21,294 bases of DNA from assembly GCA_044376115.1 (NCBI GenBank), contig JBILLK010000052.1, forward strand, positions 1 through 21,294, read 5' to 3'. Below the pieces are notes generated by a model, which was not told the origin of the DNA, did no database searches, and saw only the letters and a program-made list of their open reading frames with translations. Position 1 is the first letter of the stretch. Each line of letters opens with the position of its first letter. The DNA comes from Polyangiaceae bacterium (lineage in GTDB: Bacteria; Myxococcota_A; Polyangia; Polyangiales; Polyangiaceae). This document shows, piece after piece, positions 9,530 through 18,164 of this stretch. The position numbers and the translations under genes were made by a program.

Positions 9530-10689
9530 CAAGCGCGGCGGAGGACGAGATCGTGTTGAGGCTTCTTCATACAGCGGACTGGCACTTAGGAAGACGCTTC
9601 CGGAGCTTCACCGCAGAGAACGAAAAGAAGCTCACGCGAGCGAGGCTCGACGTGCTCGACCGCATTCTGCTTACGGCCGAGCGGCACATGGTGGACGCGG
9701 TGCTTTGCGCTGGGGATCTCTTTGATGAGCCCAATCCGCAGCCGGAGTGGTGGGAACAGGTCGCAGCGCTGTTCAAGAAGCGGAGCTGGACCAACCGTCC
9801 GGTCTTTCTGCTGCCGGGCAACCACGATCCTTTCCTCGTGGATTCAGTGTGGGCGAAGGGGCACAAGTTTCGCAGCCTGCTGCCGGATTGGGTCCACGTC
9901 GTCGACCGCGAGGACTTCGAGTTCGCCTTGCCGAACAACGCTGTGCTGTACGCCGTGCCGTGTATGTCCAAGGCGGGGCAGCGGGATCCGACGCAGGCGA
10001 TCCCGAAGCGCGCCGAAGGCGACGACCGCATCCGAGTCGGGATGGTGCACGGCAGCACCTTCGACGTGAAGGATTGCCAAACCAACTTTCCGATCGCGAG
10101 TGACGCGGCGCTCACCCGCGGGCTCGACTATCTCGCTATTGGCGATACGCACGGCTTCCGCTTCGTCCCGCCGGACAGGCTTTATCCGCCGACGATCTAC
10201 CCCGGAGCCCCCGAGCCCACAGCCTTCGACGAGAAGGATCCCGGCTCGGTCGCTGTGGTGTTCGTGAACCGGCAGCGGCGCGCGACCGTCAAACCGGAGC
10301 GCGTGGCACGCTGGACCTGGGAGGAGCTGGAGGTGACGACGCTCGCTGCGCTGAAGGAGCTCGCGCAGCGCAGCGACCTCGGGCAGCGTGTATTGCGGCT
10401 CCGCGTCGATATGCAGTTAGCAGCGCCGGACTACGAAGTAGCGGAGGAGCTGCTGGAGGCGCTCGAGGGCACCGAGGCCAGGCACGGCAAAGTCGGCGTG
10501 CTCGATCTCGATCGGCAGGGCCTCGAACTCGACACCAGCAACGTGGATAGCTTCTGCACCGAACTGCCGGAGATCCTGCGCTCGGCGGTGCGCAGGCTGA
10601 AGCTCGACGCCGATGATCCGCTGAAGCGGGCGACCGCCCAGCGCGCGCTCTTCCACCTCTATCGGGTCTCTCGAAAGAAGGCCTCCTGA
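9526..10689 (+). CDS. Mre11/SbcD-like (YhaO-type) metallophosphoesterase DNA nuclease
   Basis: All five phosphoesterase motifs: HTADWHLG, AGDLFD, PGNHD, VHGS, IGDTH. ATGA overlap with the helicase stop. Confidence 0.93.
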   Translation: MTSAAEDEIVLRLLHTADWHLGRRFRSFTAENEKKLTRARLDVLDRILLTAERHMVDAVLCAGDLFDEPNPQPEWWEQVAALFKKRSWTNRPVFLLPGNHDPFLVDSVWAKGHKFRSLLPDWVHVVDREDFEFALPNNAVLYAVPCMSKAGQRDPTQAIPKRAEGDDRIRVGMVHGSTFDVKDCQTNFPIASDAALTRGLDYLAIGDTHGFRFVPPDRLYPPTIYPGAPEPTAFDEKDPGSVAVVFVNRQRRATVKPERVARWTWEELEVTTLAALKELAQRSDLGQRVLRLRVDMQLAAPDYEVAEELLEALEGTEARHGKVGVLDLDRQGLELDTSNVDSFCTELPEILRSAVRRLKLDADDPLKRATAQRALFHLYRVSRKKAS

Positions 10690-13600
10690 TGAGGTTCACC
10701 AGGCTGGCCGTGGAGGCCTTCCAAGGCATTCGGCGCGCCGAAGTCGAGTTCGGCCCCGGGCTCAACGTGCTTTATGGCCCCAACGATCTCGGCAAGTCGA
10801 CGCTGGCAACGGCGCTACGCGCTGCGCTCTTGGTAACGCCGAGCTCCACAGAGTCCTTGCACTACGCGCCGTGGTACGCCGACGCCACGCCCTACGTATC
10901 GCTCTCCTTCGCCGACGATTCGGAGCACTACTGGAAGGTCAACAAGCGCTTCGGGAGCGCTGGGGCCAACACCACGGCGGAGCTCCTGCATTCGAAAGAC
11001 AACGTCTCCTTCAGTCTCGATTGCAAGGCGCGTGAGGTGGAGGAGAGGCTGCGTGCGCTCTTGGCGTGGGGCATTCCAGCCCCGGGCGGCAAGGGCGGGC
11101 CACGCGGCCTTCCAACAAGCTTTCTGGCCAACGTTTTGTTGGCGGCGCAGACCGACGTCGACACGATTTTGGGCAAGAGCCTGGCGGAGGATATCGACAC
11201 CACCGGGGAGCTGCGCCTGACCAAGGCGCTCGCCGCGTTGGCGCAGGATCCGCTGTTCAAGACGGTGTTCGACGCCGCGCAACGCGAGGTCGACCAGTGC
11301 TTTACGCCCACCGGGAAGCGGAAACGCGGACAGGCGTCGAAGTTCATGGAGGCGGATCGCGTGATCAAGCAGCTGCAGGCGGAGCTCAGCGCGCTCGAAC
11401 GTCAAATGGCCGATTCAGCTGCGATCGAGGACACCGTAGCCGCCCACCTCAAACAACGCGACCAGGCGCTCACGCGGGTTGCGGAGGCCGAGGCGTCCTT
11501 GGCCGCGCTGCGTGGTCGGCTCACTGCGACGAAGGCGCGAGACGAGGCACGCGTACGTCTCGAGGCGGCAAAACATGCGCTCGGCTTGATCGACGCGCAC
11601 GCTGCATCCGTCACGGCGCTGAGCGTGGAGGTCGAGGCGCTGACGGCCACCGTCAAGCTGCGAGAGGAGGACGTGTCGCGGGCGCTTGGCGAAGTCTCGT
11701 TGGCCGAGGCCGCGCTGCGTGACGCCGAAGAGGCGCATCGGGTCGCGACGAGCGATGACGGCGTTCGCGAGCGGGAGCTGCGGCGTGCGCAGCTTGCGAC
11801 GCAGGCGGCGGAACTAAACCTGAAGCGGCAGGCCGCCGAGACGCGGCGAACGACGGCTGTAGCGGCCGTGGCGAGCGCTGCGGAGGCACAGTCCGCGCGG
11901 GTCGAGGCCGATGCGGTCAAGGCTGCTTCCGAAGAGGCATTGAAGCAGCTCGAGAAGCTGCGACAGCGCGCAAAGCAGGCCGAAGCGGACGTTGAGTTGA
12001 AGCGCGCGCTATTGGCGTATGGGCGCTGGCAGGCAGCCGCCCTTGCGGCCAAGCAGGCAACAAGCGCCGCGCAGACGGCGGAGACAGTCCGGCGCGAGGC
12101 CGCCGAGAAGGACGCCGCGGCGAGCGCGCTCGAGGACCAAGCCCGCGCGATCGAAGAGGCGCTCACGCTGCGGCGCGCGGACCTGCCCGATGAAGCGAAC
12201 GCGAAGCAGTTGGACCAACTTCAGCGCGAGCTCGAGATCGCCGAAGCGGCGCTGGGTGGAGGGCTCAGCGTGCGCGTGCGGCCGCGCACCGGCGTTCACG
12301 TCCACGCGGTGATCGATCACAACGAAGTCATCGACGAGCCGAGCCTCGCTGTGGAGCGCGCGATCGAAGCAGAGCGCAGCGTGCGGCTCTCGCTCGGGGA
12401 GCTCGTTGATATCGAGATATCGGCGGGCGCTGCCGACAAGCGCAAGGCGGCCTTTGAGCTGCGGGCGCGCTGGAACAGCGAGGCGGTGCCTGTGCTCGCG
12501 CGGGCGCGGTTGGCTTCGGTCGCAGAGCTGCTTGGCGCGCTCACGGTGGTGACGAAAATGGCGGCGGAAGCCGCTGATCTCACGAGACGCGCCGCGCAGC
12601 TGCGCAGCGATGCAAAGGCCTGCCGCGATCGCGCAGCTGAGCATGAGGCAACCGCAGCGAAGGGCGCGGCCAATGCGAGCGACCTTGCTCAACGCAAACG
12701 TGCGATCGGACCCACTGACCCGCAGCTCTTGCAAAAGGAGCTCGAGAAGCTCGGCACAGCCTGGGAGTCGAAGACCGACGCCCAACACACAAAGGCCTTG
12801 GCTGCCTTGAAGACGCTGCAAGCGGAGCTCGCGGCGCAAGAGCAGCAGGCGAAGGTCGCAGAGTATCGCGTCGCGGATACCGAACAGCACGCCGTGAAGC
12901 TCGCCTCGGCGGCAGCGGCGGCGTTGGCCGCACTCGGAGCAGCAGACGCCGGCACGCTGCTGCGCTTGATCGACGAGGAGCTGGCTGCTCTCTCCGCACG
13001 CGAGGCCGAGCTGATTACCGCCGGCGAGGCGCTCCTTGCGGAGGCCAGCGGAAAGGTCGAGGGCGCGACGCGTGCGGTGGACGCAGCTCGAACGCAGCTC
13101 GGCACGGCACGAGAGGCTCACCAAAGCGCGGTCGCCGCCGCAGAGGCCGCCAAGGCCGCGCTCAACGCGCGGATCGGCGAACGCAATGCGCTGAAGACCC
13201 AGCTCGAGGCGATGGACCGTGCCGGAGCGGCGGCGCTTTGCGAACAGCGTGATGCCGAGCTGCGCGCGCTCCCCGCGAGCCCCGTCGCCTCGGAGGAAGA
13301 CGTCGCTAACGCCGAGCGCGCTTGCGTAGAGACGCAGCGCGAATTGGAGGCGGCCAACGAGGAGCTGCACAAGAGCGAAGGAGCGCTATCGAAGGTAGGC
13401 GGAGCCGCCGTGCGCGAGGAAGTCGAACGAGTACGCGAGGCGATCGAAGCCGCTACCACTCGCGAGAAGGAACTCGAGATCGACGCCGACGCGTGGAAGC
13501 TACTGCGCGACACCTTGCGTGCGGTCGAGAACGAGGAGGGCTCCCATCTCGGCCGCGCACTGGCCGGCCCCGTCGCCATGAAGTTCGGCGAGCTAACCGC

Positions 13601-14009
13601 CGGGCGCTACAAGAACCTGCGCCTCGACGCCAAGCTCAAGACCGAAGCGCTCGACGCCGCCACCGGGGTCGTCTCGGGCGCCACCGTCCTCAGCGCCCTC
13701 TCCGTCGGCACCCGCGACCAACTCGCAACGCTGATCCGCGTAACCATCGCCAGCCAACTCAAGACCACCATCGTCCTCGACGACCACCTCGTCCACACCG
13801 ACCCCAAACGCCTCCTCTGGTTCCGCGACGTCCTGCTCAAAACCGCCATCTCCACCCAGGTCATCGTCCTCACCTGCCGCCCCGAGGACTACCTATCGCG
13901 CAATGAGCTCCCCGAAGGCGTCAGTACCCGCGACCTCGCCGGCACCATCCGAGCCATCGACATGACCCGCGTCGTATCCCGCTGGGTGGAGCCGCAGATA
14001 GGTGGTTAG
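10689..14009 (+). CDS. Rad50/SbcC-like (YhaN-type) SMC-family coiled-coil ATPase
   Basis: Walker A GPNDLGKST, long Ala/Glu-rich coiled coils, signature LSVGTRDQL, Walker B IVLDDHLVHTD. TGATG overlap with the nuclease stop. Confidence 0.92.
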   Translation: MRFTRLAVEAFQGIRRAEVEFGPGLNVLYGPNDLGKSTLATALRAALLVTPSSTESLHYAPWYADATPYVSLSFADDSEHYWKVNKRFGSAGANTTAELLHSKDNVSFSLDCKAREVEERLRALLAWGIPAPGGKGGPRGLPTSFLANVLLAAQTDVDTILGKSLAEDIDTTGELRLTKALAALAQDPLFKTVFDAAQREVDQCFTPTGKRKRGQASKFMEADRVIKQLQAELSALERQMADSAAIEDTVAAHLKQRDQALTRVAEAEASLAALRGRLTATKARDEARVRLEAAKHALGLIDAHAASVTALSVEVEALTATVKLREEDVSRALGEVSLAEAALRDAEEAHRVATSDDGVRERELRRAQLATQAAELNLKRQAAETRRTTAVAAVASAAEAQSARVEADAVKAASEEALKQLEKLRQRAKQAEADVELKRALLAYGRWQAAALAAKQATSAAQTAETVRREAAEKDAAASALEDQARAIEEALTLRRADLPDEANAKQLDQLQRELEIAEAALGGGLSVRVRPRTGVHVHAVIDHNEVIDEPSLAVERAIEAERSVRLSLGELVDIEISAGAADKRKAAFELRARWNSEAVPVLARARLASVAELLGALTVVTKMAAEAADLTRRAAQLRSDAKACRDRAAEHEATAAKGAANASDLAQRKRAIGPTDPQLLQKELEKLGTAWESKTDAQHTKALAALKTLQAELAAQEQQAKVAEYRVADTEQHAVKLASAAAAALAALGAADAGTLLRLIDEELAALSAREAELITAGEALLAEASGKVEGATRAVDAARTQLGTAREAHQSAVAAAEAAKAALNARIGERNALKTQLEAMDRAGAAALCEQRDAELRALPASPVASEEDVANAERACVETQRELEAANEELHKSEGALSKVGGAAVREEVERVREAIEAATTREKELEIDADAWKLLRDTLRAVENEEGSHLGRALAGPVAMKFGELTAGRYKNLRLDAKLKTEALDAATGVVSGATVLSALSVGTRDQLATLIRVTIASQLKTTIVLDDHLVHTDPKRLLWFRDVLLKTAISTQVIVLTCRPEDYLSRNELPEGVSTRDLAGTIRAIDMTRVVSRWVEPQIGG

Positions 14010-14024
14010 GGGCGGCGCGACGGT

Positions 14025-14064
14025 GGGGGGCGCAATGGGGGGGGCGCAATGAGGGGGGCGCAAT
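14025..14064. repeat. Short tandem repeat GGGGGGCGCAAT x3 (14-bp period)
   Basis: Copies at 14025, 14039 and 14053, running directly into the first 47-bp unit. Confidence 0.8.
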
Positions 14065-14928
14065 GCGAACTGAACCCGGCGAGCTGCGCTAGCCCCACAG
14101 GTTTGGTTCGCATCCAGGGCGGGATTCGGCCCACCGGCCCAATGCGAACTAAGCCCTGCGGCCCTATGCGAACTAAGCCCGGCGAGCTGCGCTAGCCCCA
14201 CCGACTTAGTTCGCATCCAGGGCGGTATTCGGCCCACCAGAGCGCGCCTAGCACCAGCCCGGGCGCGCACACCGCGTCCGCCATGCGGCTTTTCTGCAGA
14301 ATAACCGCCTATCGAACCTGCACACCAAAGCGCTATCGCACAGAGAACGCACCAGATAGCGAAGTAACGCCTGGGGGCTAGCGCAGCTCCCCCGCCTTCC
14401 TTCGCTTGAAGCGACCTAACCCCGCCGGGCTACCGCAGCCCCACCGACTTACTTCGCTTGGAGCGACCTAACCCTGCGGGTCTACCGCAGCCCCCTCGAC
14501 TTAATTCGCATCCCGGACGGCACTGGCAGCCCAATGCGAACTATCCCCGGCGAGCTGCGCTAGCCCCCCGACTTAGTTCGCATCCAGGGCGGTATTCGGC
14601 CCACCAGAGCGCGCCTAGCAGCAGCCTGGGCGCGCACACTGCATCCGCCATGCGGCTTTTCCGCTGGATAACCGCCTATCGAGCAGCGCGCACTAAAGCG
14701 CTATTACACGGAGGACGCACAGATAGCGACGTAACCCCCGGGGGCTACCGCAGCTCCCCCGACTTCCTTCGCCTTGAACGACGTAACCCCCGGGGGCTAG
14801 CGCAGCTCCCCCGACTTCCTTCGCATTGAACGACGTAACCCCCGGGGGCTACCGCAGCTCCCCCGACTTACTTCGCTTGGAGGGACCTAACCCCCGGGGG
14901 CTACCGCAGCCCCCCCGACTTACTTCGC
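14065..14928. repeat. Palindromic repeat cluster B: ten ~47-bp units, one half unit and two central motifs
   Basis: Units start at 14065, 14168, 14359, 14411, 14463, 14536, 14726, 14778, 14830 and 14882, with a half unit at 14144. Central motifs at 14283-14310 and 14650-14677. The higher-order module repeats at ~368 bp. Confidence 0.92.
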
Positions 14929-14956
14929 ATTGGGCCGTTCGACGCAAGCGGCGAAA

Positions 14957-15862
14957 TCATCGCCGTCGCCAGGTCCACGCGGCGGGCTCCCAGGTCGCAT
15001 CGAGCGGGTTGTCGAGGACCGGGTCGAGGAAGTCGCTGGCCGCCTTCGTCACTTCATCGAGCGTGGGCCACGCGAGCTGGTCTTCGAGCGCCATGGCGGC
15101 ATACGGCGCTATCCACGCCTCGAGGGGTGCGGGTACCGACGCCGGCAGCGCGTGGGTCTTGCGGAAGGTGAAGGTTTGCTCGAGCGCCGCACGTAGACGG
15201 TCCGCTTCGATACCTCGCGCCGAGGCGAGGAGTGCGAGATCTGGGAGGTCCTTGACGCGCGAGTTCGGACGCTTGCGCGGCATCGTGTAGGCGTGGAGCT
15301 TCTCGGCGATGTGGGTCTCGATCGGGTAAAGCCGCAACGTCGGCGGAGCGATGCCCGCGAACGAGAGCACGTCCTCGGCGACCACGACGTCGGGCTCGCC
15401 GAAGATCGGATCGCCGAACGCGACGTCGACCCCGAAAGGCTGGCCGTAGATCTTGCCCGCGAGTTTGCATTCGGCGCGGAACCGGAGTCCGTCGTACTGC
15501 ACGGCATCGTTCACAATCTCGGGGTGCTCGTCGTCCGGTATGACTTCGAACGCCATGAAGTCGCCAAGGTCGAGACGGCCAGCTTGCTGGAGCTTCGCGA
15601 GTAGCCCGATGGGCGCCCCCACCATGCGCAGGTCGACGTCATTCGTAGTCCGCGCACGCTCAAGGCGAAGCTCGAGCACAAGTCCGCCCTTGAGCGTCGC
15701 AGCCTCGCCAACGGTGGCAACCACGCGGGCGAGGAAGCGATCGAATACGAGTAGCTGCCGGCGGCGCGCAAAGTCGAGGCCGCTCCTCGACAACGATCTG
15801 AGCCGTTGCTCCAGCGCCTGCTTGAACGGCTCGGGCGATGCGTAGGTGCGGGGCGGCTTCAC
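14957..15862 (-). CDS. abiEii: AbiEii/AbiGii-family nucleotidyltransferase toxin
   Basis: Motifs LKGG, RTTNDVDL, IAEKLHA and SRVKDLPDL. GTGA overlap with the abiEi stop. Confidence 0.92.
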   Translation of the reverse strand: MKPPRTYASPEPFKQALEQRLRSLSRSGLDFARRRQLLVFDRFLARVVATVGEAATLKGGLVLELRLERARTTNDVDLRMVGAPIGLLAKLQQAGRLDLGDFMAFEVIPDDEHPEIVNDAVQYDGLRFRAECKLAGKIYGQPFGVDVAFGDPIFGEPDVVVAEDVLSFAGIAPPTLRLYPIETHIAEKLHAYTMPRKRPNSRVKDLPDLALLASARGIEADRLRAALEQTFTFRKTHALPASVPAPLEAWIAPYAAMALEDQLAWPTLDEVTKAASDFLDPVLDNPLDATWEPAAWTWRRR

Positions 15863-16443
15863 TTACCGATTCCTCCGAACGGCTTGAGCGCGCGCTCGAC
15901 CTCTGCGAGCTCGCTCCGCGCGACGAGTCCGCGACGTAGCGCCTGGCGCGAGGCTTGTCTGAGAAGCTCGGGCGTGAGGCCGGCGATTGCGCAGTCGGTC
16001 AGGGTGCGGCGTGGCGTGGTGATCGGCACTGCACCGAACCATGCGCGGTCCGCAGCGGCTACGTCGGCGTGGTGCAGCACGACATCGGGCGGCAGCCTGA
16101 AGCGACGACGGTGCCAGGCGCTCGGCACCGTGAGATGGACCTGGGCGGGCAGCACATCCGTCAGCCCGTGCAGGGCGAGCGCGGTCTGATGGCACAGCAC
16201 GCCCGACCGCTCCGACCAGAGCCAGGCGAGGACCAGCTCCTCATGCTCGCCCGCGGGAAAGTGGACCAGCCGATAGATCCCACGGCGCACGCGAACGATC
16301 TTGCCGGCGTGCGTGTGGTGTACGAGGAGCTGCGGCGAGTAGCCCGCTTCGGCAGCCTGCTTCGTGGTGAACATCCCCTGCTGGCCTGCCGCCGTCTCGT
16401 ACAGGAGGTCCCAGTCAGGAGGCCCTGTTGGAGCCTCGACCAT
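15859..16443 (-). CDS. abiEi: AbiEi-family type IV antitoxin, copy 2 (cognate to abiEii)
   Basis: Same motifs as copy 1; directly upstream of and coupled to abiEii. Confidence 0.92.
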   Translation of the reverse strand: MVEAPTGPPDWDLLYETAAGQQGMFTTKQAAEAGYSPQLLVHHTHAGKIVRVRRGIYRLVHFPAGEHEELVLAWLWSERSGVLCHQTALALHGLTDVLPAQVHLTVPSAWHRRRFRLPPDVVLHHADVAAADRAWFGAVPITTPRRTLTDCAIAGLTPELLRQASRQALRRGLVARSELAEVERALKPFGGIGK

Positions 16444-16478
16444 GCACAGAACGTAAGCCAGACTTTAGTTTTGTGCAA
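16443..16478 (-). promoter_or_regulatory. Leaderless promoter with inverted-repeat operator of the abiEi-abiEii operon
   Basis: Identical to 6363-6398 (offset 10080). AbiEi proteins are known to autorepress through promoter inverted repeats. Confidence 0.78.
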
Positions 16479-16577
16479 ACACGAACCCAACCAACAAATC
16501 GTTGCGACACTCTGCCCCGCCCGGCGTCCTTGGCTTGCGTAGCCCAGCCGCGAGCTGGGTCGGAGGATGCACAGACG

Positions 16578-17597
16578 ATGTTGGCAGCGCATGGCTCGGT
16601 GAAGCTCAATCACGTTGGCATCACTGCCTTTGTCGCCTGGTTGGGACTGACGCTGGCCGCCAGCGGATGTGACGCGCCCTCCTCGGCTCCGGCGGCGCAC
16701 GTTGCGGCGCCGCACAGTCCAGCGTGGGAGGCGACGTATGGCGAGCCGATGGACGAATGCGCCGCGGCGGTGGGACCTTCGCTGAGCGGGCTGCGGGTTG
16801 GGGATCACGTCGAGTTCGAGCGCTCGAAGTTGGAGCGTGAACTCGAGATGGTGGGCGGCGAGTTCGAGCTGAGCGCGTGCACCGACTGGGCGAACGCTTT
16901 AATCGCGCACGGCGCTTCGCGTGAGCCGCTTGATGACGCTTCAGCGCGCACGGTCATGTGGCCCACAGTGCAAGAGCGCCAGGAGCACACGAAGCAACTC
17001 GATCGGGCGCTGGTCGGCTTGCAGGTCGCGCACCTGGACGACGAGAGCCGGATGATCGAAGCGCTCTTTGCCGGCGCCGAGGCGAGCCTCGCGTTCGGCC
17101 ATAGTTTTACACCGCATTGGCGTTATGCAACTAGCGAGCGCTGGGTGAAGACGTTGGATGGCTGGTTGTGCCGCGATCGCGCGCTGCTCGAGCGGTTCGA
17201 GTCGCGCCGCGACCGCCTCGGGCAGCAACTACCATCGGCGAACCATCGCTGGCAGGTCACGCTCGCCGCGCTGCGCCGCGACGACGGCATTCGGCAAAGC
17301 AGCCCCGAGCGCGTCGCGGTCACCCCCGTGATTGACCGCATGGCGAAGTTGAGCTGCGACGACTGGCAATCCTGCAACGACGGGCTAATCGCGATCTCCG
17401 AGGACCTTAAGCGCACCACCGATGCGAGCCTGCGCTCCAAGCCCCTACCCTTCATTCCCGACGGCAAGGATAAAGAAGCTCGCGCAGCCCAACGCACAAT
17501 CCAGGCAGCTGAAGATGCCCATCGCATGATGGACACCGAATGGCTATTAGCGCGCAGTGTTGAACAGCGCGGCTACTTCGCTGGGTGCAGTCGGTAG
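16578..17597 (+). CDS. Hypothetical lipoprotein
   Basis: GGAGG at 16562-16566 precedes ATG 16578. Hydrophobic stretch and lipobox-like LAASG-C. No domain recognised; the start is uncertain. Confidence 0.65.
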   Translation: MLAAHGSVKLNHVGITAFVAWLGLTLAASGCDAPSSAPAAHVAAPHSPAWEATYGEPMDECAAAVGPSLSGLRVGDHVEFERSKLERELEMVGGEFELSACTDWANALIAHGASREPLDDASARTVMWPTVQERQEHTKQLDRALVGLQVAHLDDESRMIEALFAGAEASLAFGHSFTPHWRYATSERWVKTLDGWLCRDRALLERFESRRDRLGQQLPSANHRWQVTLAALRRDDGIRQSSPERVAVTPVIDRMAKLSCDDWQSCNDGLIAISEDLKRTTDASLRSKPLPFIPDGKDKEARAAQRTIQAAEDAHRMMDTEWLLARSVEQRGYFAGCSR

Positions 17598-17624
17598 TCG
17601 ACCAGGCGAGGATGGGCGCTCGAT

Positions 17625-18002
17625 CTATCGCCGTACCCAGCGCAGTCGAATGGGGCCGCGCGCGGTGGACGGGTCGACCACGTTTCCTCGCTGGGTGATT
17701 TGGATTTCGCCGTTGGCGACGAGGCGGCGGGCCGCGGCGCGCGCGGGCTCCATGAGGTCGCGCCAGGCGTCTTCACCACCGACGCGGCGTGCGGCCTCGG
17801 AGGGGCAAATCGAAGCGTCGCCGGGGCGCTCATTCAGCAACGCACGGATGGCCTGTTCGAGCTCGCTATCAACGTTGCGCACACGGCGGCTGCGACAGGC
17901 GTCACTGCAATAGCGAATCGACTCCCAATCGCGCGCCCACTTCTTGCGCCACGTGATCCGCCGACCGCACGCAACGCAGGTTTTTTCGAGCACAACCGAC
18001 AT
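17625..18002 (-). CDS. DUF2256 + DUF3253 domain protein
   Basis: [31 protein letters not shown] (DUF2256-type) is fused to SICPSEAAR...[15 protein letters not shown]...ITQRG...GPIRLR (DUF3253-type). Confidence 0.9.
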   Translation of the reverse strand: MSVVLEKTCVACGRRITWRKKWARDWESIRYCSDACRSRRVRNVDSELEQAIRALLNERPGDASICPSEAARRVGGEDAWRDLMEPARAAARRLVANGEIQITQRGNVVDPSTARGPIRLRWVRR

Positions 18003-18086
18003 GCGCCGCTAGCTTGGTCCAAAGCCGCGGACCTTCAAGGGCGGGGCGCCGGCGCTACGGCGATGGCCCGCGATGGGATGGGCGCT

Positions 18087-18163
18087 CGAAGTGGACGTTT
18101 TGTGGAATTCGACGGTCGATCGGCAGGGGATGGGCGCCCGAACTCAACAAAACGTCCACTTCG
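18087..18163. repeat. 77-bp element with 25-bp inverted repeats
   Basis: CGAAGTGGACGTTTTGTGGAATTCG (18087-18111) pairs with CGAACTCAACAAAACGTCCACTTCG (18139-18163) at 23/25; the outer 17 bp are perfect. Confidence 0.88.
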
Positions 18164-18164
18164 C

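Noticed and set aside
6335..13906. Long antisense and alternate-frame ORFs (e.g. 6335-7330, 12009-13370)
   Set aside because: They are shadow ORFs of high-GC genes, with no recognisable motifs.
14065..14928. 47-bp units as integron attC sites, with the integrase as IntI
   Set aside because: Some units have ACCTAAC (R''-like), but the far end is CTTA rather than GTTRRRY, the units are short and tandem without cassettes, and the integrase lacks the IntI insertion.
14359..14928. Second CRISPR array
   Set aside because: Tandem units are separated by only ~5 bp, with no unique spacers.
14458..15290. ORFs 14458-14829 and 14826-15290
   Set aside because: They translate the palindromic repeats or run antisense to abiEii.
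16567..16577. ATGCACAGA resembling an AbiEi operator half-site before the lipoprotein start
   Set aside because: Only a 9-bp match with no partner half-site, which is compatible with chance.
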